DNA of 32,113 nt, taken from assembly GCA_022574315.1 (NCBI GenBank), contig JACZSH010000003.1:1-32113 (forward strand), given 5' to 3'. The DNA comes from Chloroflexota bacterium. GTDB taxonomy: Bacteria > Chloroflexota > Dehalococcoidia > Dehalococcoidales > RBG-16-60-22. This document shows, piece by piece, positions 8,316-17,518 of this stretch; the first letter of the stretch is position 1, and every line of letters begins with the position of its first letter. Position numbers and translations under genes: made by a program. The notes below the pieces were generated by a model, which saw only the letters and a program-made list of their open reading frames with translations, had not been told where the DNA came from and did not search any database.

Positions 8316-9625
8316 GCAAAACATTAGTGGCTATTGTTGGCCGCCAGAATGTGGGCAAGTCCACCCTGCTTAATCGTGTGGCCGGAAAACGCCTGGCCAT
8401 TGTCGAAGATTTACCCGGGACTACCCGCGACCGCGTCTTTGCCGGTGTCTCCTGGCGTGGTTTTGAATTCACCCTGATTGATACCGGCGGCCTGGAGCCT
8501 GGGGCGCAGTCGGTCATGGCCATGGACGTCAAAGAACAGGTGGAGGCGGCTATTGACGAGGCCGACGTAATCATCTTCCTGGTGGACGTTAAAAGCGGGG
8601 TGATACCGTCTGACTTTGAGGTCAGTGACATGCTCCGCCGGGTGAGTAAACCGGTGATACTGGTGGCCAATAAAGCGGATAACCCCCGACTTGAGACCGC
8701 GGCGGTCGAGTTCTATGAACTGGGACTGGGAGAGCCGATGGTAGTCAGTGCCCATCACGGACTCGGTTTCCCTGAGCTGCTGGACAGGGTAGTTTCCCTG
8801 CTGCCCCCGGCGCCGCCCGCGGAGGCCGAATCGGGAATCCTGAAAATTGCCATCGCCGGTCGGCCCAACGTCGGCAAGTCGATGCTGCTCAATGCCCTGG
8901 TGGGAGAGAAGCGGGCAATCGTCCATGAAGTTCCGGGAACCACCCGCGATGCCGTGGATACCCTCTTCGAGTTTGACGGCCATGAGATGCTGCTTATCGA
9001 TACCGCCGGTATCAGGCGGCGGGGTCGACTGGGCAGAGGCATCGAGTTTTACAGCGTCATCCGCAGCCTGCGGGCGATTGACCGGGCGGACGTCGTCCTG
9101 CTGGTCATGGATGCCAGCGAACTGGTGACGGCCCAGGATATGCATGTCGCCGGCTATATCCAGCAGGCGGTCAAGGGAGTGGTCCTCGTTGTCAATAAGT
9201 GGGACCTGGTTACCGAAAAAAATCAGGACGAATGGAATACCGCCATCAGGGGGCAGTTTAAATTTATGGCCTACGCGCCGGTGCTCTATCTTTCCGCCAA
9301 ATTCGGGCAGGGCGTGGCGCAGATTTTACCCCAGGCGAGCCAGATATATCAGGAGCGCATGAAAAGACTGCCCACGGCTCAGGTCAATAATGTTATCCAG
9401 CAGGCGGTAGCCGGGCATAACCTGCCGCGAATCGGCCGCAAGCGACTTAAGATTCTCTATGTCACTCAGACGGAAGTCAGTCCGCCGACATTTGTTTTTT
9501 TCGTCAATGATGCTAAAATAATACACTTCTCTTATCAGCGCTACCTGGAGAACAAACTGCGGGAGGCGTTTGGTTTTGCCGGAACGCCGATTCGCTTGAC
9601 CTTTAAATCGAGAGGGGAATCATGA
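8312..9625 (+). CDS. der: Ribosome biogenesis GTPase Der (EngA)
   Basis: Two tandem G domains (GRQNVGKS/DTGG/NKAD and GRPNVGKS/DTAG/NKWD) plus a KH-like C-terminus. Confidence 0.97.
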   Translation: MSKTLVAIVGRQNVGKSTLLNRVAGKRLAIVEDLPGTTRDRVFAGVSWRGFEFTLIDTGGLEPGAQSVMAMDVKEQVEAAIDEADVIIFLVDVKSGVIPSDFEVSDMLRRVSKPVILVANKADNPRLETAAVEFYELGLGEPMVVSAHHGLGFPELLDRVVSLLPPAPPAEAESGILKIAIAGRPNVGKSMLLNALVGEKRAIVHEVPGTTRDAVDTLFEFDGHEMLLIDTAGIRRRGRLGRGIEFYSVIRSLRAIDRADVVLLVMDASELVTAQDMHVAGYIQQAVKGVVLVVNKWDLVTEKNQDEWNTAIRGQFKFMAYAPVLYLSAKFGQGVAQILPQASQIYQERMKRLPTAQVNNVIQQAVAGHNLPRIGRKRLKILYVTQTEVSPPTFVFFVNDAKIIHFSYQRYLENKLREAFGFAGTPIRLTFKSRGES

Positions 9626-10290
9626 TAATTGCCAAGTTCGCCGCCGTGATAATAGGCGGTTATATCCTGGGTTCTATCCCGTTCGGAGTGATTATCAGCC
9701 GCTGGAGTGCCCGCGTCGACGTCAGGGATTTCGGCAGCGGTAAAACCGGGGCCACCAACGTGCTGAGGGTTGCCGGTAAAAAAGCAGCCCTCACCGCGGT
9801 CCTGCTTGATTTTTTTAAGGGGACGCTGGCGGTGTTTCTGGCCGGTCTGCTCTTTCGCGGGGACTACCTGTCCTGGGGGCTGGCGAGTGGCGCCCAGGTG
9901 TTGGCCGGCATGGCGGCGGTAGGCGGGCACAAGTGGCCGGTGTTCCTCAGTTTTCGGGGGGGTCGGGGAGTGGCCACTTATTTCGGCGGTTTACTGGCTT
10001 TATATCCCCCGGCGGCCATGGTTGGCGGCGGGATATTATTTCTCAGCACCGGTTTGACCAGATATGTCTCACTGGGCTCTATCGCCGGGGCAATAGGTGC
10101 CCTGGCACTACTCCTGCCACTGACACTCTTTTACGGAACCCCCTTTGAATACCTGGTCTATGCCCTGAGCGGAGCGATTTTTATTATTGTCGTGCATCGT
10201 GACAATATCGCCCGACTACGGGCGGGTAAAGAACGTAAGATTGGGGAAAAGGTGGCATTGAAGGATTCTCTGTCGTCCCCTCACTCCTGA
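9622..10290 (+). CDS. plsY: Glycerol-3-phosphate acyltransferase PlsY
   Basis: YILGSIPFG, GSGKTGATNVLR, FRGGRGVAT and HRDNIARL motifs; der-plsY-gpsA order. Confidence 0.95.
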   Translation: MIIAKFAAVIIGGYILGSIPFGVIISRWSARVDVRDFGSGKTGATNVLRVAGKKAALTAVLLDFFKGTLAVFLAGLLFRGDYLSWGLASGAQVLAGMAAVGGHKWPVFLSFRGGRGVATYFGGLLALYPPAAMVGGGILFLSTGLTRYVSLGSIAGAIGALALLLPLTLFYGTPFEYLVYALSGAIFIIVVHRDNIARLRAGKERKIGEKVALKDSLSSPHS

Positions 10291-10332
10291 AACTGGATGC
10301 AGGGGGCATTTTGCCGGGAAGAAGGGTAGGAT

Positions 10333-11379
10333 ATGCTTAAAATTGCCATTATTGGCACCACCAGCTGGGGAATAGCTCTGGCGGTGATTACTGCCCAGAA
10401 AGGAATGGAGGTCCGGCTGTGGGCACGGACCGAGCAGGAGGTGGCGGCGCTGAGAGAGAAGGGCCCCGACCCCGATCTCTCCCCGGAAATTGTTTTTCCT
10501 CCCCGGCTGCTCATCACCAGTAATATGAGCGAGGCTCTGGACGAAGCCAGGGCAGTAATTCTGGCGGTTCCCTCGCAGTCAATGCGGCAGAACGTGAAAC
10601 TGGTGGCGGCTTATCTTGGCAAATCGATGATGATTGCCAGCGCCGCCAAAGGCCTGGAGATTGGCACCGGCAAACGTATGTCGCAGATAATCGCCGAAGA
10701 GATAAACCCTCGTTTTCGGTCCAATATCTGCGTCCTCTCCGGGCCAAACCTGGCCCGTGAGGTGCTCAACGGCCAGCCGGCGGCCACGGTAGTGGCTGCC
10801 GAGAATATGACTATCGCCCGGAAAGTACAGCGGATATTGACCACGCCTAATCTCTGTGTCTTTACCAATACGGACGTGGTCGGTGTTGAACTGGGCGGCG
10901 CTCTGAAAAATATCATTGCTATCGGTGCCGGTATCACTGACGGGCTTGGCTACGGTGACAATGCCCGCGCCGCTTTTATCACCCGTGGGCTGACTGAAAT
11001 AACCGCCCTCGGAGTCGCTTTGGGGGCACACCCCCTCACCTTTTCCGGGCTGGCTGGCCTGGGGGATATCGTGGCCACCTGCACCAGTGTTTTGAGTCGC
11101 AACCACTACGTAGGCGTTGAGTTATCCAAAGGGCGGGCTCTCACCGAGATAGTCGGCTCGATGAACCAGGTCGCCGAAGGTGTCAGCACCACTCTGGTCG
11201 CCCGGAATTTAGCGCAGAACCTCGGACTGGAGATGCCCATTACCGAGAAGGTCTACGAGGTGCTCTACGAAAATGCCGACCCGCGCCAGGTGGCGGTGGC
11301 GATGATAGGGGCCAATGCCGGGCATGAATTAACCGGGCGCAAGTGGAAGTTGTTTTCTTTCTTCCAGCGGCGTAAATAA
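10333..11379 (+). CDS. gpsA: NAD(P)H-dependent glycerol-3-phosphate dehydrogenase
   Basis: IIGTTSWG, AKGLE, LSGPNLA, GGALKN, GLGD..ATC and SRN motifs. Confidence 0.96.
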   Translation: MLKIAIIGTTSWGIALAVITAQKGMEVRLWARTEQEVAALREKGPDPDLSPEIVFPPRLLITSNMSEALDEARAVILAVPSQSMRQNVKLVAAYLGKSMMIASAAKGLEIGTGKRMSQIIAEEINPRFRSNICVLSGPNLAREVLNGQPAATVVAAENMTIARKVQRILTTPNLCVFTNTDVVGVELGGALKNIIAIGAGITDGLGYGDNARAAFITRGLTEITALGVALGAHPLTFSGLAGLGDIVATCTSVLSRNHYVGVELSKGRALTEIVGSMNQVAEGVSTTLVARNLAQNLGLEMPITEKVYEVLYENADPRQVAVAMIGANAGHELTGRKWKLFSFFQRRK

Positions 11380-11440
11380 TCCGCCACGGATTGACCTGTC
11401 TTCAGGGTTCTCTAAGTCAGGTTGCCGCCATTCAGGAATC

Positions 11441-12520
11441 TTATTTACCCTTCTTCTTTTTTACCGGCGCCAGCGTGCTGGCCAGTTCCTGGAACAGTTT
11501 GCGTTGCTCCTTGGTCAGCGATTCCGGAGTTGCTACGAAGAGTTTTACGATCTGGTCACCCCGCCCGTTTCGCGTCAGGTGAGCGATGCCCTGATTTTTC
11601 AAACGGAAAGTTCTGTCTGTCTGGCTGCCCGCCGGAATATTAAGTTTGACGGTATTCTGCAGGGTGGGCACTTCCACCTCGGTACCCAGGGCGGCCTGGG
11701 CGAAGTTAATCGGCAGTTCGTAGAGGATATCGTCACCGTGCCGGATAAAAAACTCGTGCTCCTGCACCGATAGGGTAACGTATAGGTCACCGCTAGAACC
11801 ACTCCTCGCCCCGGCGTTACCTTCGCCGCTCAGCCGTATTCGGGAACCGCTCTCCACCCCGGCGGGAATCCTGACCGCAATATGGCGTGGCTGCTTCTCC
11901 CTGCCCGTGCCCCGGCATTGTGCGCAGGTATCGGTGATTACCTTCCCTTCTCCCTGGCACTGGTCGCACAGGGTGGTATTGACGAATCTGCCAAAAAGGC
12001 TCTGCTGCACGCGCCGGACCTGCCCCGCGCCGTTGCATCGAGGACAGCGAGTGGGCTGAGTGCCCGGTTTGGCCCCGCTGCCGTGGCACCGGGAGCACAC
12101 TTCAGTCCGCTTTAGCTTTACCTCTTTCTCGCAACCGAAAGCCGCTTCCTCGAAGGTGATGGTGAACTCGTAATGCAGGTCAGCGCCCTGCTGGGGAGCA
12201 CGACGTCCGGCGTAATTTATACCGCCGAAGAAAGCGTCGAAAATGTCACCGAAACCGCCAAAGTCAAAACCCTCGAAATCCCGCGTGTAGGAACCGGCGG
12301 CACCGCTGTGTCCGTAACGGTCATAGGCGGCACGCTTGTTGGCGTCAGAAAGTACTTCGTAGGCTTCGTTTACTTCCTTGAATTTTTCCTCGGCCCCGTC
12401 ATTACGGTTTCGGTCGGGATGGTACTGGAAAGCAAGCTTGCGAAAGGCTTTCTTTAGCTCATCATCACTGGCATTCCGGGACACTCCCAGGACGTCGTAA
12501 TAGTCATGTTTGGTCACCAT
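11441..12520 (-). CDS. dnaJ: Chaperone DnaJ
   Basis: J domain with HPD, G/F-rich region and four CxxCxGxG repeats. Confidence 0.97.
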   Translation of the reverse strand: MVTKHDYYDVLGVSRNASDDELKKAFRKLAFQYHPDRNRNDGAEEKFKEVNEAYEVLSDANKRAAYDRYGHSGAAGSYTRDFEGFDFGGFGDIFDAFFGGINYAGRRAPQQGADLHYEFTITFEEAAFGCEKEVKLKRTEVCSRCHGSGAKPGTQPTRCPRCNGAGQVRRVQQSLFGRFVNTTLCDQCQGEGKVITDTCAQCRGTGREKQPRHIAVRIPAGVESGSRIRLSGEGNAGARSGSSGDLYVTLSVQEHEFFIRHGDDILYELPINFAQAALGTEVEVPTLQNTVKLNIPAGSQTDRTFRLKNQGIAHLTRNGRGDQIVKLFVATPESLTKEQRKLFQELASTLAPVKKKKGK

Positions 12521-12610
12521 GAAAATATCCTTTTCAGCTCATCATCGCTGACATTCCGGGACACTCCCGGGACGTCGTAATAGTCATGTTTGGTCACCAT
12601 GAAAATATCC
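12456..12610. repeat. Tandem direct duplication (80-bp period) of the dnaJ start region
   Basis: 12456-12530 and 12536-12610 match over 75 bp with 3 mismatches. Confidence 0.95.
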
Positions 12611-12713
12611 CTTTTTCATAACCCATCCCCTGGGAAACGGCGCTACCCACCACCCTGATACGGAGACCGGTGGCACCGGAAACATTCCAGAAGGCAATAA
12701 TACCTCTAGTATG

Positions 12714-12742
12714 ATACTAGCAAGACAGGTGTCTACTGTCAA
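12714..12742 (-). promoter_or_regulatory. Putative dnaJ promoter
   Basis: TTGACA (12742-12737), 17-bp spacer, TAGTAT (12719-12714). The -10 sits in the palindrome CTAGTATGATACTAG. Confidence 0.6.
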
Positions 12743-12812
12743 GGCACAAAAAGGTCCACCGTGGCCGTCCGGACGCCCCGAAAATATTGGCCAAAAAGGT
12801 GACAGAATGCTA

Positions 12813-12841
12813 TTGACGAAATAGAACATATGTGCTAATTT
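12813..12841 (+). promoter_or_regulatory. Promoter of the virion module with an overlapping LexA-type (SOS) box
   Basis: TTGACG (12813-12818), 17-bp spacer, -10 TAATTT (12836-12841) with an extended TG. AGAACATATGTGCT (12823-12836) is one mismatch from AGAAC-N4-GTTCT. Confidence 0.65.
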
Positions 12842-12869
12842 GGCATTGTCAGTTACTTTGAGGTGGGCC

Positions 12870-13196
12870 ATGGAGCCAGCGTGGTACGAATTGGACGAAT
12901 GTGATGCCGAGCTCCGGAGCGAGGAAAATCAGGACCCGAACCGGCTCGATTTGCCGCCGGAATTCTGCCAGTACCGGGACGAAGGCTGTGACCTTGCCCG
13001 TTCCTGTCTCAATTGCCCATTCCCGCACTGTGTTTATGAGTTGCCCGGTGGCCGGCAGCGCTGGTTAAAAAAGAGGCGTGATTCGGAAATAAACCGGCTC
13101 TTCGCCGGTGAAGGTAAAGAGGTTAATGAGCTGGCCAGGATGTACGGTATCAGCCAGAGGACAGTACAGCGGGCGTTAACCAACGCCGCTAAATAG
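12870..13196 (+). CDS. Cys-rich domain plus C-terminal HTH (Mor-like) putative transcriptional regulator
   Basis: C-x6-C-x5-C-x2-C-x4-C followed by RRDSEINRLF..G..VNELARMYGISQRTVQRAL. Start set at ATG 12870 after GAGGTG. Confidence 0.65.
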   Translation: MEPAWYELDECDAELRSEENQDPNRLDLPPEFCQYRDEGCDLARSCLNCPFPHCVYELPGGRQRWLKKRRDSEINRLFAGEGKEVNELARMYGISQRTVQRALTNAAK

Positions 13197-13244
13197 CGCC
13201 AGAGAGCGGGATAAATATTTCGCCTAAAGGAGACTTGTCTGGAA

Positions 13245-14630
13245 ATGAATGATTCGATTTCGGCACAGCTGGCACGGCGTGACCTGACCAGAATCAAGGG
13301 CTACCGGGATTTTCTTGACTTTTATCATGGCCAGCAGTGGGCAGGCCGGGCAAGATGGGGGGAAAGGCATCTGGTTTTTAACTACGCCCGGGTCTTCATT
13401 GACAAGATTACCTCGTATCTCATGTCCGGGGTTAGTTTTGCGGTGGATGCCTCGACCGATTCTGACCAAGCCAGAGAAACGGCGCGGCGGGCAGAATCAG
13501 CCCTTCACCGCGTTTATGATGAAAACAACCTGGAACTGCTGGACCTGGAGACGGAAATCGATTGCGCCGTACTGGGTGACGCCTGTTACAAGATTATCTG
13601 GGATACCGCTGAGAAAAAGGTGAGGGTAACCGCGCCTGATGTCCAGGGTATCTATGCCTGGTGGTCGGGTGATGACACTTCCCGCATATGGCGGGTCGCT
13701 TCCCGGTACAGCCTCTCTGCCGAGGAGACCGAATTCCTTTACCGGGTGAAACCCAGGGGCAAGACAGCTGTCATCGTTGAGCTGTGGACGGCCAGCGACT
13801 TTGAACTCTATCTGGACAACGTCCTGGTAGAGAAAAAGCCCAATCCTTACGGTTTTATTCCCTTTATCATCTATCCCAACCTGCGCGAGCCGAAGAAATT
13901 CTGGGGAATATCCGATTTGCCCGCCATAATGGAATCACAGCGGGAGTTGAATCGGGCGATGAGCCAGCTTTCCCGTATCCTGGAGTTGTCCGGTAATCCC
14001 ATTGCCGTCCTGGAAAACGTGGAAGAATCCGAAGATATTGCTATCCGGCCGGGCGCCGTCTGGAATATCCCCGAGGACGCCAAAGCCTACCTGCTCGACC
14101 TGCTGCAGGGCGGCGGCATCAACCTTCATATCAGTTATATCGACTTGCTTTACCGCACTTTGCACGACATCTCGGAGTCACCCCGCTCCGCTTTCGGCGG
14201 CACGGAGAGAGACCTCTCCGGGGTGGCCCTCCAGATTGAGCTTTACCCCCTGTTGCAGAAGGTGAGGCGAAAGCGGATTATCCGTACCGCCGCTTACAAA
14301 CGGCGTAACGAGATGATTCTCCGCCTCCTGGAAAAATATCAGGGGGAAAATTTTGGGGACAACCGACTGCGTATCGTCTGGGCTCCGGTGCTGCCTCACG
14401 ATGTCACCAGTCAGGTCAATAACGAACAGACGCTGGTCCAGGCCGGTATCCATTCCCGGCGCCGGGCAATGGACGAGATTGGTGTCCAGGATCCCGAGGC
14501 TGAGTTTAAAAGATGGCTTGAGGAGAGAGAGACCATTCTCCGTATGAATAAGGAACTTAACGTCCGGTCCACCCGCAGCGAGGTGAGAGGGAGAGCTTCA
14601 TCGTCTCCGGTGGCCGGCGTTGAGGAATAA
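13245..14630 (+). CDS. Phage portal protein (SPP1 Gp6-like)
   Basis: 461 aa; DFYHGQQW, FNYARVFIDK, NPYGFIPF, GISDL and SGVAL motifs typical of SPP1-type portals; first gene of the head module. Confidence 0.85.
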   Translation: MNDSISAQLARRDLTRIKGYRDFLDFYHGQQWAGRARWGERHLVFNYARVFIDKITSYLMSGVSFAVDASTDSDQARETARRAESALHRVYDENNLELLDLETEIDCAVLGDACYKIIWDTAEKKVRVTAPDVQGIYAWWSGDDTSRIWRVASRYSLSAEETEFLYRVKPRGKTAVIVELWTASDFELYLDNVLVEKKPNPYGFIPFIIYPNLREPKKFWGISDLPAIMESQRELNRAMSQLSRILELSGNPIAVLENVEESEDIAIRPGAVWNIPEDAKAYLLDLLQGGGINLHISYIDLLYRTLHDISESPRSAFGGTERDLSGVALQIELYPLLQKVRRKRIIRTAAYKRRNEMILRLLEKYQGENFGDNRLRIVWAPVLPHDVTSQVNNEQTLVQAGIHSRRRAMDEIGVQDPEAEFKRWLEERETILRMNKELNVRSTRSEVRGRASSSPVAGVEE

Positions 14631-14647
14631 TCAGTGGAGGAACCTTT

Positions 14648-15136
14648 ATGGCGGATAACGAACAGGCATTGACCGATGAGTTGACGGCAGTCCGGGACAG
14701 GGTGGCTGAACTGGAACAGGAGCGGGAAATCCTCACCCGGGAGCTTGAGTCCGGGGCCCTCCGCATTACCGGGCTTGAGCAGACGGTGGCCGACCGGGAT
14801 GGTGAACTGGTCATACTCAAGGAAACGGTGGTGACGTCGGACCGGAAATTAACCGGGGTCAGCAGTTCCCTGGCTCAGGCGGTGGAGAGCTATCGGGAGC
14901 AGGTGGCGGTGGCTAACCCGGACGTGCCGGTCGAACTGATTGCCGGCGATACTATCGGCGCCGTCAACGAATCTCTGGAAAACGCCCGCACCCTGGTGGA
15001 TAAGGTGAAACAGGGCATTGAAGCCGAGGCATCCCGGGTGAAAGTGCCCGCCGGCGCTCCGCAACGCGCGCCGCTCGACCTGTCGGGGCTGTCTCCGCGG
15101 GAAAAAATACAATATGCGATTGGAGGTAACAGGTAA
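14648..15136 (+). CDS. Putative capsid scaffolding protein
   Basis: Acidic coiled coil between portal and capsid, with a short C-terminal helix LSPREKIQYAI. Confidence 0.7.
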   Translation: MADNEQALTDELTAVRDRVAELEQEREILTRELESGALRITGLEQTVADRDGELVILKETVVTSDRKLTGVSSSLAQAVESYREQVAVANPDVPVELIAGDTIGAVNESLENARTLVDKVKQGIEAEASRVKVPAGAPQRAPLDLSGLSPREKIQYAIGGNR

Positions 15137-16057
15137 ATGGCTTTAACACTGGCGGAAGCAAACAAACTGTCAAATGACATCCTGCTGCAGGGTGTGGTGG
15201 AGACCATCATCAAGGACTCTCCCATCCTGCAGCGGCTGCCCTTTATCGAGATTGTCGGTAACGGGCTGACCTATAACCAGGAAAAGACCCTGCCCAGCAT
15301 CGATTTCTACGATGTCGGTGATACCTGGGTCGAATCAACCCCTACTTTTGAGCAGAAAACGGCTAATCTGAAGATTATGGGCGGCGATGCGGATGTGGAT
15401 AACTTTCTGAAGTCCACCCGGAGCAACGTCCAGGACCTGGAAGCCGCCGTCGTCGAACTGAAGGCAAAGGCGGTCAAAGACAAGTTCGAAGAGGTCTTTA
15501 TCTACGGTGACGCCACGCCCAATCCCAAGGAGTTCGACGGCTTGAGAAAACTGATTGATACCACCTCGGCCGGTAACCAGGTAATCGCCATGGGGGCAAC
15601 CGGTGCCACGCTCACTCTGGTTAAGCTGGATGAGCTCATTGACGCCGTCAAGGGTGGTAAGCCCGATATGCTGCTCATGAGCCGGCGCACCCGCCGCAAG
15701 ATTAATGCCCTGGTCAGGGCCAGCGGCGGCATGGTGGACAGCGACCGGGACCAGTGGGGCAACTTTGTCCAGTTATGGGACGGTGTTCCCATCGGTGTTA
15801 ACGACTGGATACTGGATACCCACGCCCTCAGCGGCAGCCTGGAGACCGGGACTACCGGCGGCACCTGCTCCATAATCTATGCCATCCAGACCGGAGAGTG
15901 GGCGCTTTGTGGGTTGACCAGTCCCGGGCACCTGACGGTGGAGCCAATCGGCTCTATGGAAAGTAAAGATGCCACCCGCACCAGGGTCAAGTGGTACGTG
16001 TCCCTGGCGCTCTTCAGCGCGGTTAAGGCGGCCGCTTTAATCGGCGTTCAGGACTAA
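15137..16057 (+). CDS. Major capsid protein (HK97-like fold)
   Basis: 306 aa; MALTLAEA, GVVETII..SPILQRLPF, GGDADVDNF and EFDGLRKL patterns of phage capsid proteins; GGAGGT RBS. Confidence 0.85.
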   Translation: MALTLAEANKLSNDILLQGVVETIIKDSPILQRLPFIEIVGNGLTYNQEKTLPSIDFYDVGDTWVESTPTFEQKTANLKIMGGDADVDNFLKSTRSNVQDLEAAVVELKAKAVKDKFEEVFIYGDATPNPKEFDGLRKLIDTTSAGNQVIAMGATGATLTLVKLDELIDAVKGGKPDMLLMSRRTRRKINALVRASGGMVDSDRDQWGNFVQLWDGVPIGVNDWILDTHALSGSLETGTTGGTCSIIYAIQTGEWALCGLTSPGHLTVEPIGSMESKDATRTRVKWYVSLALFSAVKAAALIGVQD

Positions 16058-16080
16058 AGAAATAAAGGAGGCAGAAAAAA

Positions 16081-16482
16081 ATGGCTTTTTCAGATCCGGG
16101 AAAAGGAAGAATTATCGAGCAGGGGGAAGGACTGGTCAGGGTTACCCTGGCCGAGGCCTGCAAAGCCGGTGACATTCTCGGTTACAGCTCCGGGTGGAAG
16201 CGGGCGCTGGCCACTACCGGCACGGCTGTTCAGGGTCGGCTGGTAGCCGGCGAGGCTGGCGCCAGTGGTGATGTCATCACCGCTTACCGCCGTGCCGTGA
16301 TCAGCGGTTACTCGGGAGGCACTGCCGGCAACGCCGTCTATGTCGCCGAGGGTACGGATAACGGCCAGGTTACGGAGACCCAGCCCACCACTACCGGCGA
16401 CTGCGATACGCTCATCGGCTATATGGCGTCGGCGACCGTGGCCGCTCTGGAGCCCGGCTCGAGGACTGACTCGACCGCTTAG
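16081..16482 (+). CDS. Putative capsid decoration/cement protein
   Basis: Small Gly/Ala/Thr-rich beta protein directly after the capsid gene; strong AAGGAGG RBS. Confidence 0.55.
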   Translation: MAFSDPGKGRIIEQGEGLVRVTLAEACKAGDILGYSSGWKRALATTGTAVQGRLVAGEAGASGDVITAYRRAVISGYSGGTAGNAVYVAEGTDNGQVTETQPTTTGDCDTLIGYMASATVAALEPGSRTDSTA

Positions 16483-16494
16483 TATTTCGAAAAA

Positions 16495-16521
16495 ACGGGG
16501 GAGGGGAACCCCCTCCCCCGT
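16495..16521. terminator. Perfect 12-bp GC-rich hairpin inside the virion operon
   Basis: ACGGGGGAGGGG-AAC-CCCCTCCCCCGT; a T-tract follows only on the minus strand. Confidence 0.55.
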
Positions 16522-16536
16522 ATCTGGAGGAAGAAA

Positions 16537-16878
16537 ATGACCGAGATTTACGTAACCCAGCCGGGAACGCACCGGACCGGCGTGACGGCGGTAGATTCCG
16601 CCGACCCGTCAGATACCAGCGGCGCGGTTGACACCAAAGGTTACCAAGAGTGCCGGTTTGACATAACTGTTTCCGGCACCGATTTTACCAGCCTTGAAGT
16701 CCAGGCCCTGTTCTGGAACTCGCGACAGGAAAAATGGATGGGCGGTGGTAAAAGGACGTTGACCTCGACCGGGCAACATGCCCTGGTGGTCGATTCAAGA
16801 GGGGCGATTATATTCCTGAAGGTAAACGCTTTCGTGGGGACGAGCTTCTCCCTGTCAGCGGATTATGCCTTGAGTTAG
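16537..16878 (+). CDS. Hypothetical virion-associated beta-rich protein
   Basis: 113 aa; GGAGG RBS; inside the structural operon. Confidence 0.6.
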   Translation: MTEIYVTQPGTHRTGVTAVDSADPSDTSGAVDTKGYQECRFDITVSGTDFTSLEVQALFWNSRQEKWMGGGKRTLTSTGQHALVVDSRGAIIFLKVNAFVGTSFSLSADYALS

Positions 16879-16889
16879 GAGGTAATACC

Positions 16890-17507
16890 ATGTTGAAACT
16901 GGCGGGAGAAGTGATTGAAGGACAGCTCGCCGACCATCTGGCTGAGCTTGACGCCCATACGCGTAATGCGGAAGAGTTTATTAAAGTAAATCAGTACGAG
17001 CTGGGCGGTTACCACAGTACTTTTTCAACGACTGCGGTGGCTGCGGATAGAATACACGCTATTCCTTTCCACGTTAACCGGAAAAGAACCTACCAGTATG
17101 CCGCCATTTATGTAACCGTGGCCGGTAGTGCCGGCAAGAAAGCCAGGTTGGGGATATACGCCGATGACGGTACGATTCTGCCGGGCGCGCTCATCGAGGA
17201 CTGGGGGGAAGTCGCTATCGACTCAACGGGGTTAAAAGCAATCGATATAACCGATAGACAGCTTGATAAAGGGCTTTACTGGGTGGTAATGCACACTGAA
17301 GATGCCTTTACCTTGCGCATTCGGACCGCCGCTTCCTTCAGCCCTCTGGGTATCCGGTCTACGGGTGGTGCCGCTTTGGGTGGCGTCGAAGGCGGGTATT
17401 TTAAGGATACTGCCTATGCGGTATTACCTGACCCGCTGACGGGCCTGGCGGCTTTAAGCTCGTTGCCGTTCATAAATATAGCCCTGATGGTAAAAAGTAA
17501 TGATTAG
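16890..17507 (+). CDS. Putative head-fibre/spike or receptor-binding protein
   Basis: Short helical stalk followed by a beta domain with ARLGIYADDG..PGALI, a pattern I associate with phage fibre proteins; GGAGGT RBS; lower GC than neighbours. Confidence 0.5.
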   Translation: MLKLAGEVIEGQLADHLAELDAHTRNAEEFIKVNQYELGGYHSTFSTTAVAADRIHAIPFHVNRKRTYQYAAIYVTVAGSAGKKARLGIYADDGTILPGALIEDWGEVAIDSTGLKAIDITDRQLDKGLYWVVMHTEDAFTLRIRTAASFSPLGIRSTGGAALGGVEGGYFKDTAYAVLPDPLTGLAALSSLPFINIALMVKSND

Positions 17508-17518
17508 GAGGCTACCCT

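Noticed and set aside
12456-12610. attL/attR pair of the virion module, or a CRISPR array
   Set aside because: The two copies are adjacent, no third copy was seen at the right end of the module, and there are no spacers or cas genes.
12690-12760. CIRCE (HrcA) operator upstream of dnaJ
   Set aside because: No TTAGCACTC-N9-GAGTGCTAA match; only a different short palindrome is present.
15131-15139. Stop-codon readthrough fusing scaffold and capsid (in-frame TAA-ATG)
   Set aside because: The capsid gene has its own GGAGGT RBS and TAA is rarely read through; no further evidence.
15137-16057. Encapsulin nanocompartment
   Set aside because: It sits with portal, scaffold and adaptor genes and has no cargo enzyme, which fits a virion head.
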